In this document: one piece after another, positions 39,776-49,316 of the stretch
Position numbering within the stretch: the first letter of the stretch is position 1
Layout: each line of letters starts with the position of its first letter
Origin: an uncultured delta proteobacterium
GTDB taxonomy: Bacteria > Desulfobacterota > Desulfomonilia > UBA1062
Reading direction: 5' to 3'
Assembly (NCBI GenBank): GCA_963752595.1
Contig: CAVVYZ010000024.1
Location: 12,341 to 76,340, forward strand
DNA: 64,000 bases
Made by a program: the position numbers and the translations under genes
Notes under the pieces: generated by a model
What the model was told of the DNA's origin: nothing
Databases searched by the model: none
The model's input: only the letters and a program-made list of their open reading frames with translations

Positions 39776-40975
39776 CTATCTCTTTCGCGCTTTGTTGAAG
39801 GCCCTTTCGAGATCCGTGATGATATCATCTACATTTTCAAGGCCTACGGCGAGCCTGAAAAGGGTGTCGATGACCCCGAGCTCGTACCGCGCCTCCCGGG
39901 TGTAGTCATAGTAACTCACGGTTGCCGGATGGGTGATGAGGGTTTCCGCACCGCCGAAGCTCGGACCGATGAACATCATCTCCAGGGAATCCATGAACCG
40001 GTTTGCATCTTCAAGCCCTCCCTTCATCACGAAGGTCACCACGCACCCGCCGCCTTTCATCTGCTCTCGCGCAATCGAATAGTGCTGGTGGCTTTCCAGG
40101 AACGGATAATACACCCTTTCCACATCAGGATGGCCTTCAAGAAACTTCGCCACTTCAAGTGCTGTTTCGTTCATCCTCTCCACCCTCATGGGGAAGGTCT
40201 TGAGTCCCCGCAGGAGCATGTAGCAGCAGTGGGGATCGATGAGCCCTCCCATGGATTTGTGGAGACTCCGGATGGGAGCGATCAGGTCTTTCCGGCCCAG
40301 CACGGTCCCTGCCAGGATATCGTTGTGCCCGGAGAGGTACTTGGTGGCGCTGTGGGTGACGAGGTCGATCCCGAATTCCAGCGGCCTCTGGTTGATGGGC
40401 GAGGCGATGGTGCTGTCGATCAGGGTCATTACGCCGTGCTTGTCTGCGATCTTCTTCAGGAGCACGAGATCGAAGACGTTAAGGTATGGGTTCGTGGGAG
40501 ACTCTGAAAAGATGAATCGTGTGTTTTTCTTGATGGCCTTTTCCAAAGCGTCGTAATCCCCGAAGGGAACTATAGTGCACTCGATGCCGAAGCGCTTCAG
40601 ATACAATTTGCAGAACTCCAGGGTCTTTTTATAGCTGTCGTCTGTAATGACGATGTGGTCCCCGGTATGCACCAGAGAGAGGATGGTCGTGGTAATGGCC
40701 ATCATGCCGGATGAAAATACCAGGCAGTCTTCCGCACCCTCCAGGTCGGCAAGCCGGTTCTGGGCAATGAGCTCGGTGGGGTTTCCATACCTGCCGTACT
40801 CGAACCTCTCCTTTTTGTTCTTGGTATATTCCTCGATATCTTTGCTGTTTTTGAAGATAAAGGTGGATGTCTGGAAAATGGGTGTTGTTATCGCGTCGGC
40901 ATAATGCTCCCGGGGCTCACCCGCATGGATTGCCCGCGAGTGCATTCCCAGTCTGTCTTTCTTTTCCGTGCTCAC
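39776..40975 (-). CDS. Cys/Met-metabolism PLP enzyme, cystathionine gamma-synthase-like
   Basis: TPIFQTSTF, YGRYGNPT, FSSGMMA, ESPTNP, HSATKYLSGHND (PLP Lys), RLAVGLE; close to metWX. Confidence 0.9.
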   Translation of the reverse strand: MSTEKKDRLGMHSRAIHAGEPREHYADAITTPIFQTSTFIFKNSKDIEEYTKNKKERFEYGRYGNPTELIAQNRLADLEGAEDCLVFSSGMMAITTTILSLVHTGDHIVITDDSYKKTLEFCKLYLKRFGIECTIVPFGDYDALEKAIKKNTRFIFSESPTNPYLNVFDLVLLKKIADKHGVMTLIDSTIASPINQRPLEFGIDLVTHSATKYLSGHNDILAGTVLGRKDLIAPIRSLHKSMGGLIDPHCCYMLLRGLKTFPMRVERMNETALEVAKFLEGHPDVERVYYPFLESHQHYSIAREQMKGGGCVVTFVMKGGLEDANRFMDSLEMMFIGPSFGGAETLITHPATVSYYDYTREARYELGVIDTLFRLAVGLENVDDIITDLERAFNKARKR

Positions 40976-41226
40976 GTCTCATCTCCTTTCCAATGCCGTC
41001 TTAATAAAACGAGGCTCGCCCTGCAAAGATACCCGGGCTATCAAAGATAATGGCTAATATATCGGTGCTTTTCCTGTCAAGGACAATCCGTTTTTGATTC
41101 CCTTTGCTCCACCGGAAAAACCGCCCTGAGAAGAAAGGGATCGCTCCCGCCGGAACCTGCCCGAACCCCACTTTTGGGATCAATGCTCTTGAATACGTTT
41201 CGAGGATTATGCTATCAGCCTCATAC

Positions 41227-41868
41227 ATGCAAACAATCGTCGAAACCATCAGGGATTTTGCCAAAGATCACTTTTCGGATGCCAAGTACAGCCATGACTG
41301 GGAGCATACCGAACGTGTGTACAAGCTCTGCATGCACATCGGCCGCGAAGAAGGCGCCGACCTGGAAGTACTGGCCGTCTCAGCTTACCTCCACGACATC
41401 GGCAGATCCATCCAGGATACGTCAAAAGGGACACTCTGCCACGCCGAGCAGGGCGCCAGGATTGCAGCAGGCATCCTCGACAAATATCCCATCCCGAAGG
41501 AGAAGAAGGAAAACATCATCCATTGCATCCAGGCCCACCGGTTCAGAAACAGCCATCAGCCGGAGACCCTTGAGGCAAAAGTGCTTTTTGATGCGGACAA
41601 GCTCGATGCCATCGGCGCCGTGGGGATCGCCCGCGCATATCTCTTTGCCGGCGAGGTAGGAGCAGTGCTCCACAATCCGGACATGGACCCTCACATGGCC
41701 AAGGCCTACACCAAAGAAGATACGGGCTACCGTGAATACACGGTCAAGCTCTCGAAGATCAAGGACAAGATGCTTACCGGCGAAGGGCGGCATATTGCAC
41801 GTGAGCGCCATGCATTCATGGAGGCCTTTTTCCAAAGGTTCCTCAAGGAGATCCAGGGGCTTCTGTAA
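41227..41868 (+). CDS. HD-domain phosphohydrolase
   Basis: HDWEHTERV, AYLHDIG, AHRFR, LFDADKLDAIGA; start at MQTIVE. Confidence 0.9.
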   Translation: MQTIVETIRDFAKDHFSDAKYSHDWEHTERVYKLCMHIGREEGADLEVLAVSAYLHDIGRSIQDTSKGTLCHAEQGARIAAGILDKYPIPKEKKENIIHCIQAHRFRNSHQPETLEAKVLFDADKLDAIGAVGIARAYLFAGEVGAVLHNPDMDPHMAKAYTKEDTGYREYTVKLSKIKDKMLTGEGRHIARERHAFMEAFFQRFLKEIQGLL

Positions 41869-42012
41869 GGGAGTACCCTTTCACTCTGTATTCCATTGTC
41901 ATCAGAAGCGCTCGGTTCCGAGTGTTTTATCAGATCGGCAGCATCGAACCATGGCTTGCAAGTAAACAGTTTGCATGTTATGAATATTTATGAGTGTAGT
42001 GAAGCCTGGTGA

Positions 42013-42972
42013 ATGCATCATTTTCAAATCGTCACGTGGCGAGGCATGAGGCGCATACGTATAACCCCCAATATCGAGTACCTCGAGCCTGAGGGAAAGA
42101 GAAAATTATATGCCTGCTCCGGGCTTGCGGTCAGCGGCCGGGTGAAGGTCGTCATCGATGGGAATCCGGGTAAGCACCGGACAAGGGATTTCCTCCTAGA
42201 GTTCAATCCCGATATCGCGCTGGTTTCTCATTATCACCCGGACCACTCCGCATGGTGCTCGCAGGTTCTGGAATACTCAAAAGCAGAGCTCATGATTCCC
42301 CATGAGGAAGAGTCCTATTTCAGGAGCCTCGATTTCCTCGTATCACATGCGGCGAGTGATACCGCCATGGAAAATCTCATGCGGGACTTTGCCAGGAATT
42401 TTCTGTCCTATCGGGAAGTCGAGACATTCATCACCTATGACAGCCCGTGCAATTTCATCCTGGGCGATATCTCCCTTGAATGCATCCGGACTCCAGGACA
42501 TTCGCCCGGGCACACGTCGTTCTACCTGCCGGGGCAAAAAATCCTCTTTGCATCCGACATGGGAATCGACCGCCTCGGGCCCTGGTACGGATGGAGGGAC
42601 TGCAGTATCGAGGCAACCATCGAGTCGATCCTCACGCTCAAGACCATGGATGTCAAGATTCTCCTGACGAGCCATGGAGGGATCGTTACCCGGGATATCG
42701 GACAGTGCTGGGACAGGGCACTGCTGCATATCCTGGAACGTGAGCAGCGGATCGTGCAGGCCCTGGAAGCGGGGAAGACCCGTGAGGAAATCATTGAAGC
42801 AGGCGTGTGCTACCCGAAAAAGGAAAAAGTCAAAGAGCCCGTGAAGTCTTTGTTCACCATGTGGGATTCGATCATGTTCGACCTTCATACGAAGCTTCTC
42901 GAAACCACGAGCTTGAACACTCTGTTCCCTTGTCTGAGGACAATATCTTCCGTATACTCCGGGCTGACTTGA
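42013..42972 (+). CDS. MBL-fold metallo-hydrolase
   Basis: SHYHPDH, TPGHSPGH, ASD, TSHG; alternative start at 42046. Confidence 0.88.
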   Translation: MHHFQIVTWRGMRRIRITPNIEYLEPEGKRKLYACSGLAVSGRVKVVIDGNPGKHRTRDFLLEFNPDIALVSHYHPDHSAWCSQVLEYSKAELMIPHEEESYFRSLDFLVSHAASDTAMENLMRDFARNFLSYREVETFITYDSPCNFILGDISLECIRTPGHSPGHTSFYLPGQKILFASDMGIDRLGPWYGWRDCSIEATIESILTLKTMDVKILLTSHGGIVTRDIGQCWDRALLHILEREQRIVQALEAGKTREEIIEAGVCYPKKEKVKEPVKSLFTMWDSIMFDLHTKLLETTSLNTLFPCLRTISSVYSGLT

Positions 42973-42984
42973 GAGGAAAATCCC

Positions 42985-43335
42985 ATGCACGAACTGCCGG
43001 TGACCCAGTCCATTCTCGATATCGTGCTCAAGCACGCCAAAATGAACGGGGTGAAGAAGATTCACGCAATCAACTTAAATATAGGCGAGTTGAGCGACCT
43101 GCAAGATGAATGGATCCAGCGGTACTTCGACTATATCAGCAAGGGCTCTCTCGCCGAGGGGGCCAAGCTCAAGATCGAGAGGATCCCGGTGGTGTTCCGG
43201 TGCAATGCGTGCACGGAGAGCTTCCAGGTCCGGGTCAGAGAAATGAAAGATATCACCTGCCCTTCCTGCGGCAAGAACGATTTCACCCTCGTTTCCGGCA
43301 GGGAATACTACATCAGGGATATGGAGGCTGAATAA
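42985..43335 (+). CDS. hypA: Nickel metallochaperone HypA
   Basis: MHE Ni site, CNAC and CPSC Zn site, SGRE. Confidence 0.95.
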   Translation: MHELPVTQSILDIVLKHAKMNGVKKIHAINLNIGELSDLQDEWIQRYFDYISKGSLAEGAKLKIERIPVVFRCNACTESFQVRVREMKDITCPSCGKNDFTLVSGREYYIRDMEAE

Positions 43336-44003
43336 TGGACACCATACGGCTCATCGAGATCCGGGAGGACATCCTTTCCGATAACAAAAACCTTGCCTCC
43401 GAGCTTAAAGCGCTTCTGAAAAGCAAGAAAACCTTTCTCCTGAACCTCATGTCCTCTCCGGGATCAGGGAAGACCAGCCTGATCTTGAGGACCATCGAGA
43501 AGCTCAAGCTTAAGTTCCGCATCGGGGTACTGGAAGCGGATATCGACTCCATGGTGGATGCCGAGAAGGTCGCGGCCCGGGGAGTTCAGGCCGTCCAGCT
43601 CAAGACCGGGGGATTCTGCCACCTGGATGCCTCCATGGTGAAGGCAGGGCTCGACGCCTTTGACCTGGACAGTCTCGACCTCGTCATCATCGAAAACGTC
43701 GGCAACCTCGTGTGTCCGGCGGAGTTCGATACAGGAGCAATGAAAAATGCCATGATCCTGAGCGTGCCTGAGGGCGACGACAAGCCGCTGAAATATCCTC
43801 TTATGTTCTCCGTGTGCAATGTGCTTTTGGTAAACAAGATAGATTACCTTGCGTCTTCGGACTTCGACATGCAGGCGATGAAAGAGCGGGTAAAGAAGCT
43901 CAACCCGGGGATCACCATCTTGGAAGTTTCATGCAAGACAGGAGAAGGGATCGATCAATGGGTGAGCTGGCTCGGAAATGAAGTGGAGGAGTTCATCCGG
44001 TAG
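43335..44003 (+). CDS. hypB: Nickel-incorporation GTPase HypB (short form)
   Basis: SSPGSGKT, TGGFCHLDA, ENVGNLVCPAEFD, EGDDKPLKYP, NKID. Confidence 0.96.
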   Translation: MDTIRLIEIREDILSDNKNLASELKALLKSKKTFLLNLMSSPGSGKTSLILRTIEKLKLKFRIGVLEADIDSMVDAEKVAARGVQAVQLKTGGFCHLDASMVKAGLDAFDLDSLDLVIIENVGNLVCPAEFDTGAMKNAMILSVPEGDDKPLKYPLMFSVCNVLLVNKIDYLASSDFDMQAMKERVKKLNPGITILEVSCKTGEGIDQWVSWLGNEVEEFIR

Positions 44004-44022
44004 CCCTTTTCTTTTGGGCTGA

Positions 44023-44047
44023 AACCCGATCACCGGAAGATCGGGTT
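44023..44047. terminator. Stem-loop between convergent hypB and the esterase gene
   Basis: AACCCGATC-ACCGGAA-GATCGGGTT. Confidence 0.5.
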
Positions 44048-44077
44048 CATGTTCGCCTCGGTGAGAGATCACCTGGT

Positions 44078-44698
44078 TTATCCCTGCAAGTACCCCTTGA
44101 TCACCCCGTAAAACCGCTCGGCTATTATCTGGTAGCCTTTGTCATTCGGGTGGATGGGGTCGCTCATGAGGTCTTCACGCCCTAAGATCCCCTCGAAGAG
44201 GTTCGGGATGAGGAGTGCTCCGGTCTGCTCGCACAGCTTTTTATATTCCTCATCGAACCCCCTTCCGAGCAAGGGAACGTTTATGCCTCCGACGACAACT
44301 ATGGCCCCTTTTCCCTGGATGCGCTCGACAATGGTTTTCAGATCGGCAAATGCCTCATCCCTGGGAACTCCGTTCTTCAGGTCATTGCCGCCCAGGGTAA
44401 TGAGCACGATCTTTGGCGACCTGGACAGCACGTCCTTATCGAGCCGTTTGAGTGCCGCCGCGGTCGTATCGCCCGGAAAGCCTGCATTGACGACAGGCTC
44501 ACCGATGAGGCCGGAAAGCTGCGTGGGGTAGTCCATCCCGAAAGACGCCCCTGTCCCGGAGGTCAGGCTGTCGCCGAAACAGATGATATTCTCCCCTAAG
44601 GGCTTGGTATTTTTTATCTCTGTGCCCGAGGGGAAAAACAGATAGAGCGCAGCAACGGCACAGACAATGGCCAGTATCGAAAAGGCAGCCTTTTTCAT
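44078..44698 (-). CDS. SGNH/GDSL arylesterase (TesA-like)
   Basis: FGDSLT, NAGFPGDTT, LGGND, DPIHPN. Confidence 0.93.
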   Translation of the reverse strand: MKKAAFSILAIVCAVAALYLFFPSGTEIKNTKPLGENIICFGDSLTSGTGASFGMDYPTQLSGLIGEPVVNAGFPGDTTAAALKRLDKDVLSRSPKIVLITLGGNDLKNGVPRDEAFADLKTIVERIQGKGAIVVVGGINVPLLGRGFDEEYKKLCEQTGALLIPNLFEGILGREDLMSDPIHPNDKGYQIIAERFYGVIKGYLQG

Positions 44699-44835
44699 AC
44701 CTTTCTCCTAAAATTATCCTTTACAAAGGTCTCTTCGGTTTATACGGTTTTATTTCTGAACAGGGCTTTATCCATGTCCCGGCGATCTATGGCAGGAGAA
44801 GAGAGCTCGGGTTTCATGGTTTTCTTGCAGCGGCG

Positions 44836-45213
44836 TTACAGCTTTTCTCCCAGCCCTTCGAGCAGTTCCGTGTCCTCATGGGTATACGGCGGACAGCAGC
44901 AGCACAGGATTTTTAAGGCTTGTTCCCGGGTATTCTCCACCCGGTGAGGGATGCCCGGACCGATGAGGATGCTGTCGCCTTGCCCTATCTCGAACACCTC
45001 CCGGCCAAGCGTCATGAGGCCGTTTCCGTGGGTGATATGATAGATCTCCTTGCTTGTCCGGTGAACGTGAAGAATAGTCGCACGTCCCGGCAGTATGGTT
45101 GCCTCGGCAAGGCTGACAGGTGTGGATACACCCTGTGCCGGATGGATGAGCTCACGGATGATCGATCCGTCCTTTGTAGTATATGGAGTGATCTGTCCGT
45201 ATTCTGTCTTCAT
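44836..45213 (-). CDS. Cupin-domain protein
   Basis: HVHRTSKEIYHI and PGIPHRVEN cupin motifs. Confidence 0.9.
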   Translation of the reverse strand: MKTEYGQITPYTTKDGSIIRELIHPAQGVSTPVSLAEATILPGRATILHVHRTSKEIYHITHGNGLMTLGREVFEIGQGDSILIGPGIPHRVENTREQALKILCCCCPPYTHEDTELLEGLGEKL

Positions 45214-45244
45214 CCTCTTTTAAGACTCCCGAAGGAAGGGCTCG

Positions 45245-46324
45245 TCAGGCATTAAACCGGATACTCAGGATGTCCCCGTCCTGGACGATATAATTCTTTC
45301 CCTCGAGCCTGAAAAGCCCCTTATCTCGCAGGGCCTTTTCACTGCCGAGTTCCATGAGATTCTTGTATGAGAAGCATTCCGCCCTGATGAATCCTCTCGC
45401 CAGGTCCGAATGGATAGCGCCTGCCGCATCCACTGCCGTATCCCCTCTCTGGATGGTCCATGCCCGCACCTCATCCGGACCCACGGTAAAGAACGTTATG
45501 TAGCCCAGCACCTCATATGCCAGCATGCTGAGACGGTCTTTCGCAGAAACCTGGATGTTCATGTCTTCCATAAAGGCAACTGCTTCGTCCGTTTCGAGCT
45601 TGCCCAGCTCCGTCTCGAACTTACCTGCGAACTCCACGGTCCGGAAGTCTTCTTCCAGACGGGTCATGAGAGAAGCGTTGCGGGAAAAGCTGTTTTCATC
45701 GGAATTCAGGATCACCATGATGGGCTTCTCCGTGAGGAACCGGTACCCCCGAAGCAGTTTTAGTTCCTCGGGAGACAGGCCCAAGGCACTGATCATGATA
45801 TTCTTCTCCAGCCCCTCGTATATTTTCATAAGGGCCTTTTTCTCAAGCTCCATATCCGGCGTTGCCGCCCCCCTCTTGGAAAAATGGTCGATCCGCTCCA
45901 GCCTTGTCTCAGCCATGATGAGGTCCGAGAGGACAAGCTCGGTGATGATGGTCTCCTTGTCTGCGGAAGGGTTGGCCGGGCCCATCATCCCGTCGAGCAT
46001 CTCGTGAGAAAAATTGCGCAGCACCAGGGCGAGTGCATCGGCATTCTTGACCAGGGCGAGCTCGGACGGGCTGAAAATCTGCTTTTTATCCTCGCCCGAT
46101 GCAAACCCCACGAAATCCATGCATTCTATGGTCGCGTAGGTGGTCTTTTTCGGCTTATACATCTCCATGAGCTTTTCCACCCGCGGGTCCGTCACCTGAA
46201 CGACGGCGATATTCGGCTCCGGTCTTGACGAGGCAAAGGCATTCGTTTCGATATCAGAGCCGGTCAGGGCATTAAAGATCGTTGTCTTCCCGGATTTCTC
46301 CAGACCGATGAGACCGATTCGCAT
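45245..46324 (-). CDS. ychF: YchF-family ATPase (Obg-like, TGS C-terminus)
   Basis: GLEKSGKTT, FFTVGPDEVRAW, AAGAIHSDLARGFIRAE, RLEGKNYIVQDGD. Confidence 0.88.
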   Translation of the reverse strand: MRIGLIGLEKSGKTTIFNALTGSDIETNAFASSRPEPNIAVVQVTDPRVEKLMEMYKPKKTTYATIECMDFVGFASGEDKKQIFSPSELALVKNADALALVLRNFSHEMLDGMMGPANPSADKETIITELVLSDLIMAETRLERIDHFSKRGAATPDMELEKKALMKIYEGLEKNIMISALGLSPEELKLLRGYRFLTEKPIMVILNSDENSFSRNASLMTRLEEDFRTVEFAGKFETELGKLETDEAVAFMEDMNIQVSAKDRLSMLAYEVLGYITFFTVGPDEVRAWTIQRGDTAVDAAGAIHSDLARGFIRAECFSYKNLMELGSEKALRDKGLFRLEGKNYIVQDGDILSIRFNA

Positions 46325-46566
46325 AGGGTTCCCCTTTTTCGAAGATAAAATACGGCTTGCCGCTTATAACATCAATAATCAGGAATTCCAACCTCGTAAC
46401 AGGTCTCCGGTCAAGACATGGGCATTCCTTAAGAGATTCACGATGAAAGCACGTCATCTTCAAACATGTCCGCCGGGAAAAAAATCGGCCCTTCCCTTTG
46501 CAAATCACCCGTTATCGGATTATCTTTATTTAAGGATGAAATAAATTCCCCAGCGAAGGAGGATAT

Positions 46567-47034
46567 ATGCGGACGGCGAAAGACATCATGACGAGTCCGG
46601 TAATCAGGCTGTCGCCCACGATGGAGATCGTGGCCGCAGCAAAGATCCTAATGGATAATCATATCAACGGGGCGCCCGTTGTCGATGACGACGGAACTAT
46701 CGTGGGAATGCTGACCAGGGACGATCTGATCATGCAGCAGAAGAAGATCCCCCTGCCCTCGTATTTTGTCGTTCTCGATTCCCTCATCCCCCTGCACTCG
46801 GTCGGGCAGGTCGAAAAAGAGATGGAAAGGATCGCTGCAACAACCGTAGAGCATGCCATGACAAAGACGCCGGTCATTGTCACCCCGGATACCACCATCG
46901 AAGATATCGCAAGCCTCATGGTGGACAAAAAGATCCACACCATCCCCGTTCAGAAGCATGACGGAGAGATCGTGGGAGTCATCGGCAAGGAAGATCTCCT
47001 CAAGACACTCTTTAGGCCCCGGGATAAAGTTTAG
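46567..47034 (+). CDS. CBS-domain protein
   Basis: TAKDIMT, GAPVVDDDGTIVGMLTRDDL, IPV...VGVIGKEDLL. Confidence 0.9.
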   Translation: MRTAKDIMTSPVIRLSPTMEIVAAAKILMDNHINGAPVVDDDGTIVGMLTRDDLIMQQKKIPLPSYFVVLDSLIPLHSVGQVEKEMERIAATTVEHAMTKTPVIVTPDTTIEDIASLMVDKKIHTIPVQKHDGEIVGVIGKEDLLKTLFRPRDKV

Positions 47035-48461
47035 AGCATGTTTCCGCAGAACCTATCCTCGTCGTCGCATACGGTACAGGATCTTTCCTGCAAGGCCTCT
47101 TTCATGGCAAGATACCCGGAATACTGGTAGGAGACCTTCAGGGCACGGACAGCCTCTTCCGGCGATTCAAAGATAGGCACCTGGTACTTCTGCCGGTAGG
47201 TCACGGTCTTGTGTACGGCGTTGGGTGTATAGATCGCTGCAGGCTTTCCGTAGTAGCGGCACTTCTTCACCAGCTCGACAATCGCATCGATAACCATGGG
47301 GTGCCACAGGCTCGGCACGGGAAGGAGCCCGTCCACCTCGTCGGAAGAAAGCAGGATGTCGAAGATTTCGAGGAATGTCTGCATGGAGAGTGCAGGCCCT
47401 AAGTCTATGGGGTTCGACACATTGAAGATCTGGCCTGTCTTGCTCAATTTTTCCTGGGTCTCGGGCGAAAGGCGCGCCATTTCAAGCCCTGCCTGAACGA
47501 GCAGGTCGGCCGTGATGCCCCCGAAGGCGCCCGAGTTCGTGAATACCGCAATCCGCTTGCCCTTTAAGGGAGGCATATGGGTAAAGATCTTCGGCAGGGC
47601 ATGGAGCTCCGATATGCTGCTTACCCGGACAATGCCTGCCTGCCTGCAGGCATTGTCAAAGACGTCATCGTTGTTCGCCATACCCGCGGTATGGGACATG
47701 GCTGCGCGCGAGCCTTCGCTCGTACGGCCCACCTTGAAGGCCAGAATGGGCTTCTTCACCCGCCGGGCCGTCTCGATCAGCTTTCTCCCGTCCTTGATGT
47801 TTTCGAGGTACATCCCGATGACCTCGGTGGAATCGTCCCTCTGGAAGTATTCGAGCATGTCGGCCTCGTCGATATCGGACTTGTTCCCGATGCTGACGAT
47901 CTTATTGGCCTTAACCACGTCCATGCTGAAGGATTCGAGCACGATGACCACGATCCCGCCGCTCTGGATGATGTAGGAGATGCTGCCGTTCTCCCTGGCA
48001 AAGATATTGAAATCTTCCTGCTGGATGCCGTAGAAGCAGCAGAACTTGTTCCGCGTATTGAGCACGCCGAGGCAGTTCGGGCCCATGATCCTCATGTTGT
48101 TTTTCTTTGCGGTCTCGTCGATCCGGCGCTGCATGGCCCTGCCCTGTTCGCCTCCTTCAGAGAAACCCGAGCTTTCGATGATGAGGTGTTTGATGCCTTT
48201 CTTCGCGCATTGATCTACGAAGTCCGGAACGACCGCTGCAGGCGTGATGATCACCGCCAGGTCCACATCGACCGGTATATCCGTTACCGCCGCGTAGCCC
48301 GGGCATCCAGATACCGCCTCGCCCTTGCGGTTCACGGCACAGACGTGGCCATCCCACGCGGAGAATTCGCTCAAAGCACGGCAGATGGTTGCGCCGAGGT
48401 TGAAGGGGGAATTCGATGCCCCGATGACTGTTACGGATTTCGGGTTAAAGAATGTTTCCAT
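47031..48461 (-). CDS. Acyl-CoA ligase (ADP-forming) alpha-subunit-like CoA-binding protein
   Basis: FFNPKSVTVIGAS, SSGFSE, GPNCLG, QSGG, SIGNKSD, SHTAG phospho-His motif, TNSGAFG, NPIDL; no ATP-grasp domain. Confidence 0.88.
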   Translation of the reverse strand: METFFNPKSVTVIGASNSPFNLGATICRALSEFSAWDGHVCAVNRKGEAVSGCPGYAAVTDIPVDVDLAVIITPAAVVPDFVDQCAKKGIKHLIIESSGFSEGGEQGRAMQRRIDETAKKNNMRIMGPNCLGVLNTRNKFCCFYGIQQEDFNIFARENGSISYIIQSGGIVVIVLESFSMDVVKANKIVSIGNKSDIDEADMLEYFQRDDSTEVIGMYLENIKDGRKLIETARRVKKPILAFKVGRTSEGSRAAMSHTAGMANNDDVFDNACRQAGIVRVSSISELHALPKIFTHMPPLKGKRIAVFTNSGAFGGITADLLVQAGLEMARLSPETQEKLSKTGQIFNVSNPIDLGPALSMQTFLEIFDILLSSDEVDGLLPVPSLWHPMVIDAIVELVKKCRYYGKPAAIYTPNAVHKTVTYRQKYQVPIFESPEEAVRALKVSYQYSGYLAMKEALQERSCTVCDDEDRFCGNML

Positions 48462-48495
48462 GGCTGCACCTCTCATGATGTTTTTAGGCTCGTCA

Positions 48496-48651
48496 AATGA
48501 AGTACTCCTTAAGCTTGGCTTAAGGAGTGTTAACTATCTTTATTATGTTACTCCACTCTCCTGTGTCCTCTCCCCAAGGCACCCGAGAAGCGGGTCGTGG
48601 GAGGAAGAGGAGGTAACCCCGCTGCAAGCAGCAGGGAATCTTCTGATTGAA
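48496..48651. repeat. Compound palindromic intergenic repeat, copy 1
   Basis: AATGAAGTAC + hairpin ACTCCTTAAGC-TTG-GCTTAAGGAGT + core CTCTCCTGTGTCCTCTCCCC...ACCCGAGAAGCGGGTCGTGGGAGGAAGAGGAGG + hairpin CCCGCTGC-AA-GCAGCAGGG + CTGATTGAA; homologous to 51869-51988. Confidence 0.8.
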
Positions 48652-48687
48652 GCTTCCATAGCGCCCAAACGCCTCCTCGCGTCTGCC

Positions 48688-49203
48688 TCATGAAGATTTC
48701 CTTTGCTCCAGCTCTTTCCGGTAGACATCCCGGAGCATCTCGATCATGCTCACGATTGTCTGGTAGATGAACCGGCCGTTCTCATCCACTGACTGCTCCG
48801 CATAATCCTTCATATGCTCCAGATCCTCCAACTGCTCCTCCATGGAGCCGATCTCGCTTTCGAACTGCCTGACCACCTCCTCGCGGGAAAGGAACCTGAA
48901 GAAAAAGGCCCTGGTGAGGAAGTCGAGCTGGTAATCGACCGGGATGGGCGGCGAGGTCAGGGCTTTCATGAATTCCTGCCTGCCTTTTTCCGTGATGGAG
49001 TATACGTGCTTATTGGGCTTGCCGGTCTGAAACACGACCTCCTTGCGGACAAGGTCGCCTGCCTCGAGCTTCCTGAGTGCAGGATAGATCTGGTTGAGGC
49101 TCAAGTTGTAGGCCATCATCAGCCTGCCGGTGATATTCTTGATTTTATATCCGCTCTTGGGGCCTGACATGAGGAAGCCCAGGATCATCTGGTCGGTGTC
49201 CAT
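48688..49203 (-). CDS. PadR-family transcriptional regulator
   Basis: ILGFLMSGPKSGYKI, QIYPALRKLE, GKPNKHVYSITEKG. Confidence 0.93.
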   Translation of the reverse strand: MDTDQMILGFLMSGPKSGYKIKNITGRLMMAYNLSLNQIYPALRKLEAGDLVRKEVVFQTGKPNKHVYSITEKGRQEFMKALTSPPIPVDYQLDFLTRAFFFRFLSREEVVRQFESEIGSMEEQLEDLEHMKDYAEQSVDENGRFIYQTIVSMIEMLRDVYRKELEQRKSS

Positions 49204-49248
49204 GAAAACAGCTCCATGTTGTTTTTATCAGCATTAGTTTTGTTTGCT

Positions 49249-49289
49249 ATATTTTATAATAAAATATCATATTCTCCGATATATGTCAA
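49249..49289 (-). promoter_or_regulatory. sigma70 promoter of padR overlapped by a palindromic operator
   Basis: Minus strand TTGACA(49289-49284)-17 nt-TATTTT(49266-49261) with TGn extension; perfect 9-1-9 palindrome ATATTTTAT-A-ATAAAATAT at 49249-49267. Confidence 0.65.
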
Positions 49290-49316
49290 TATGTCATACC
49301 GGCAATCATGCTTCTG

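Noticed and set aside
40976-41226. SAM riboswitch upstream of the metB-like gene
   Set aside because: No recognisable aptamer motifs or terminator on the minus strand.
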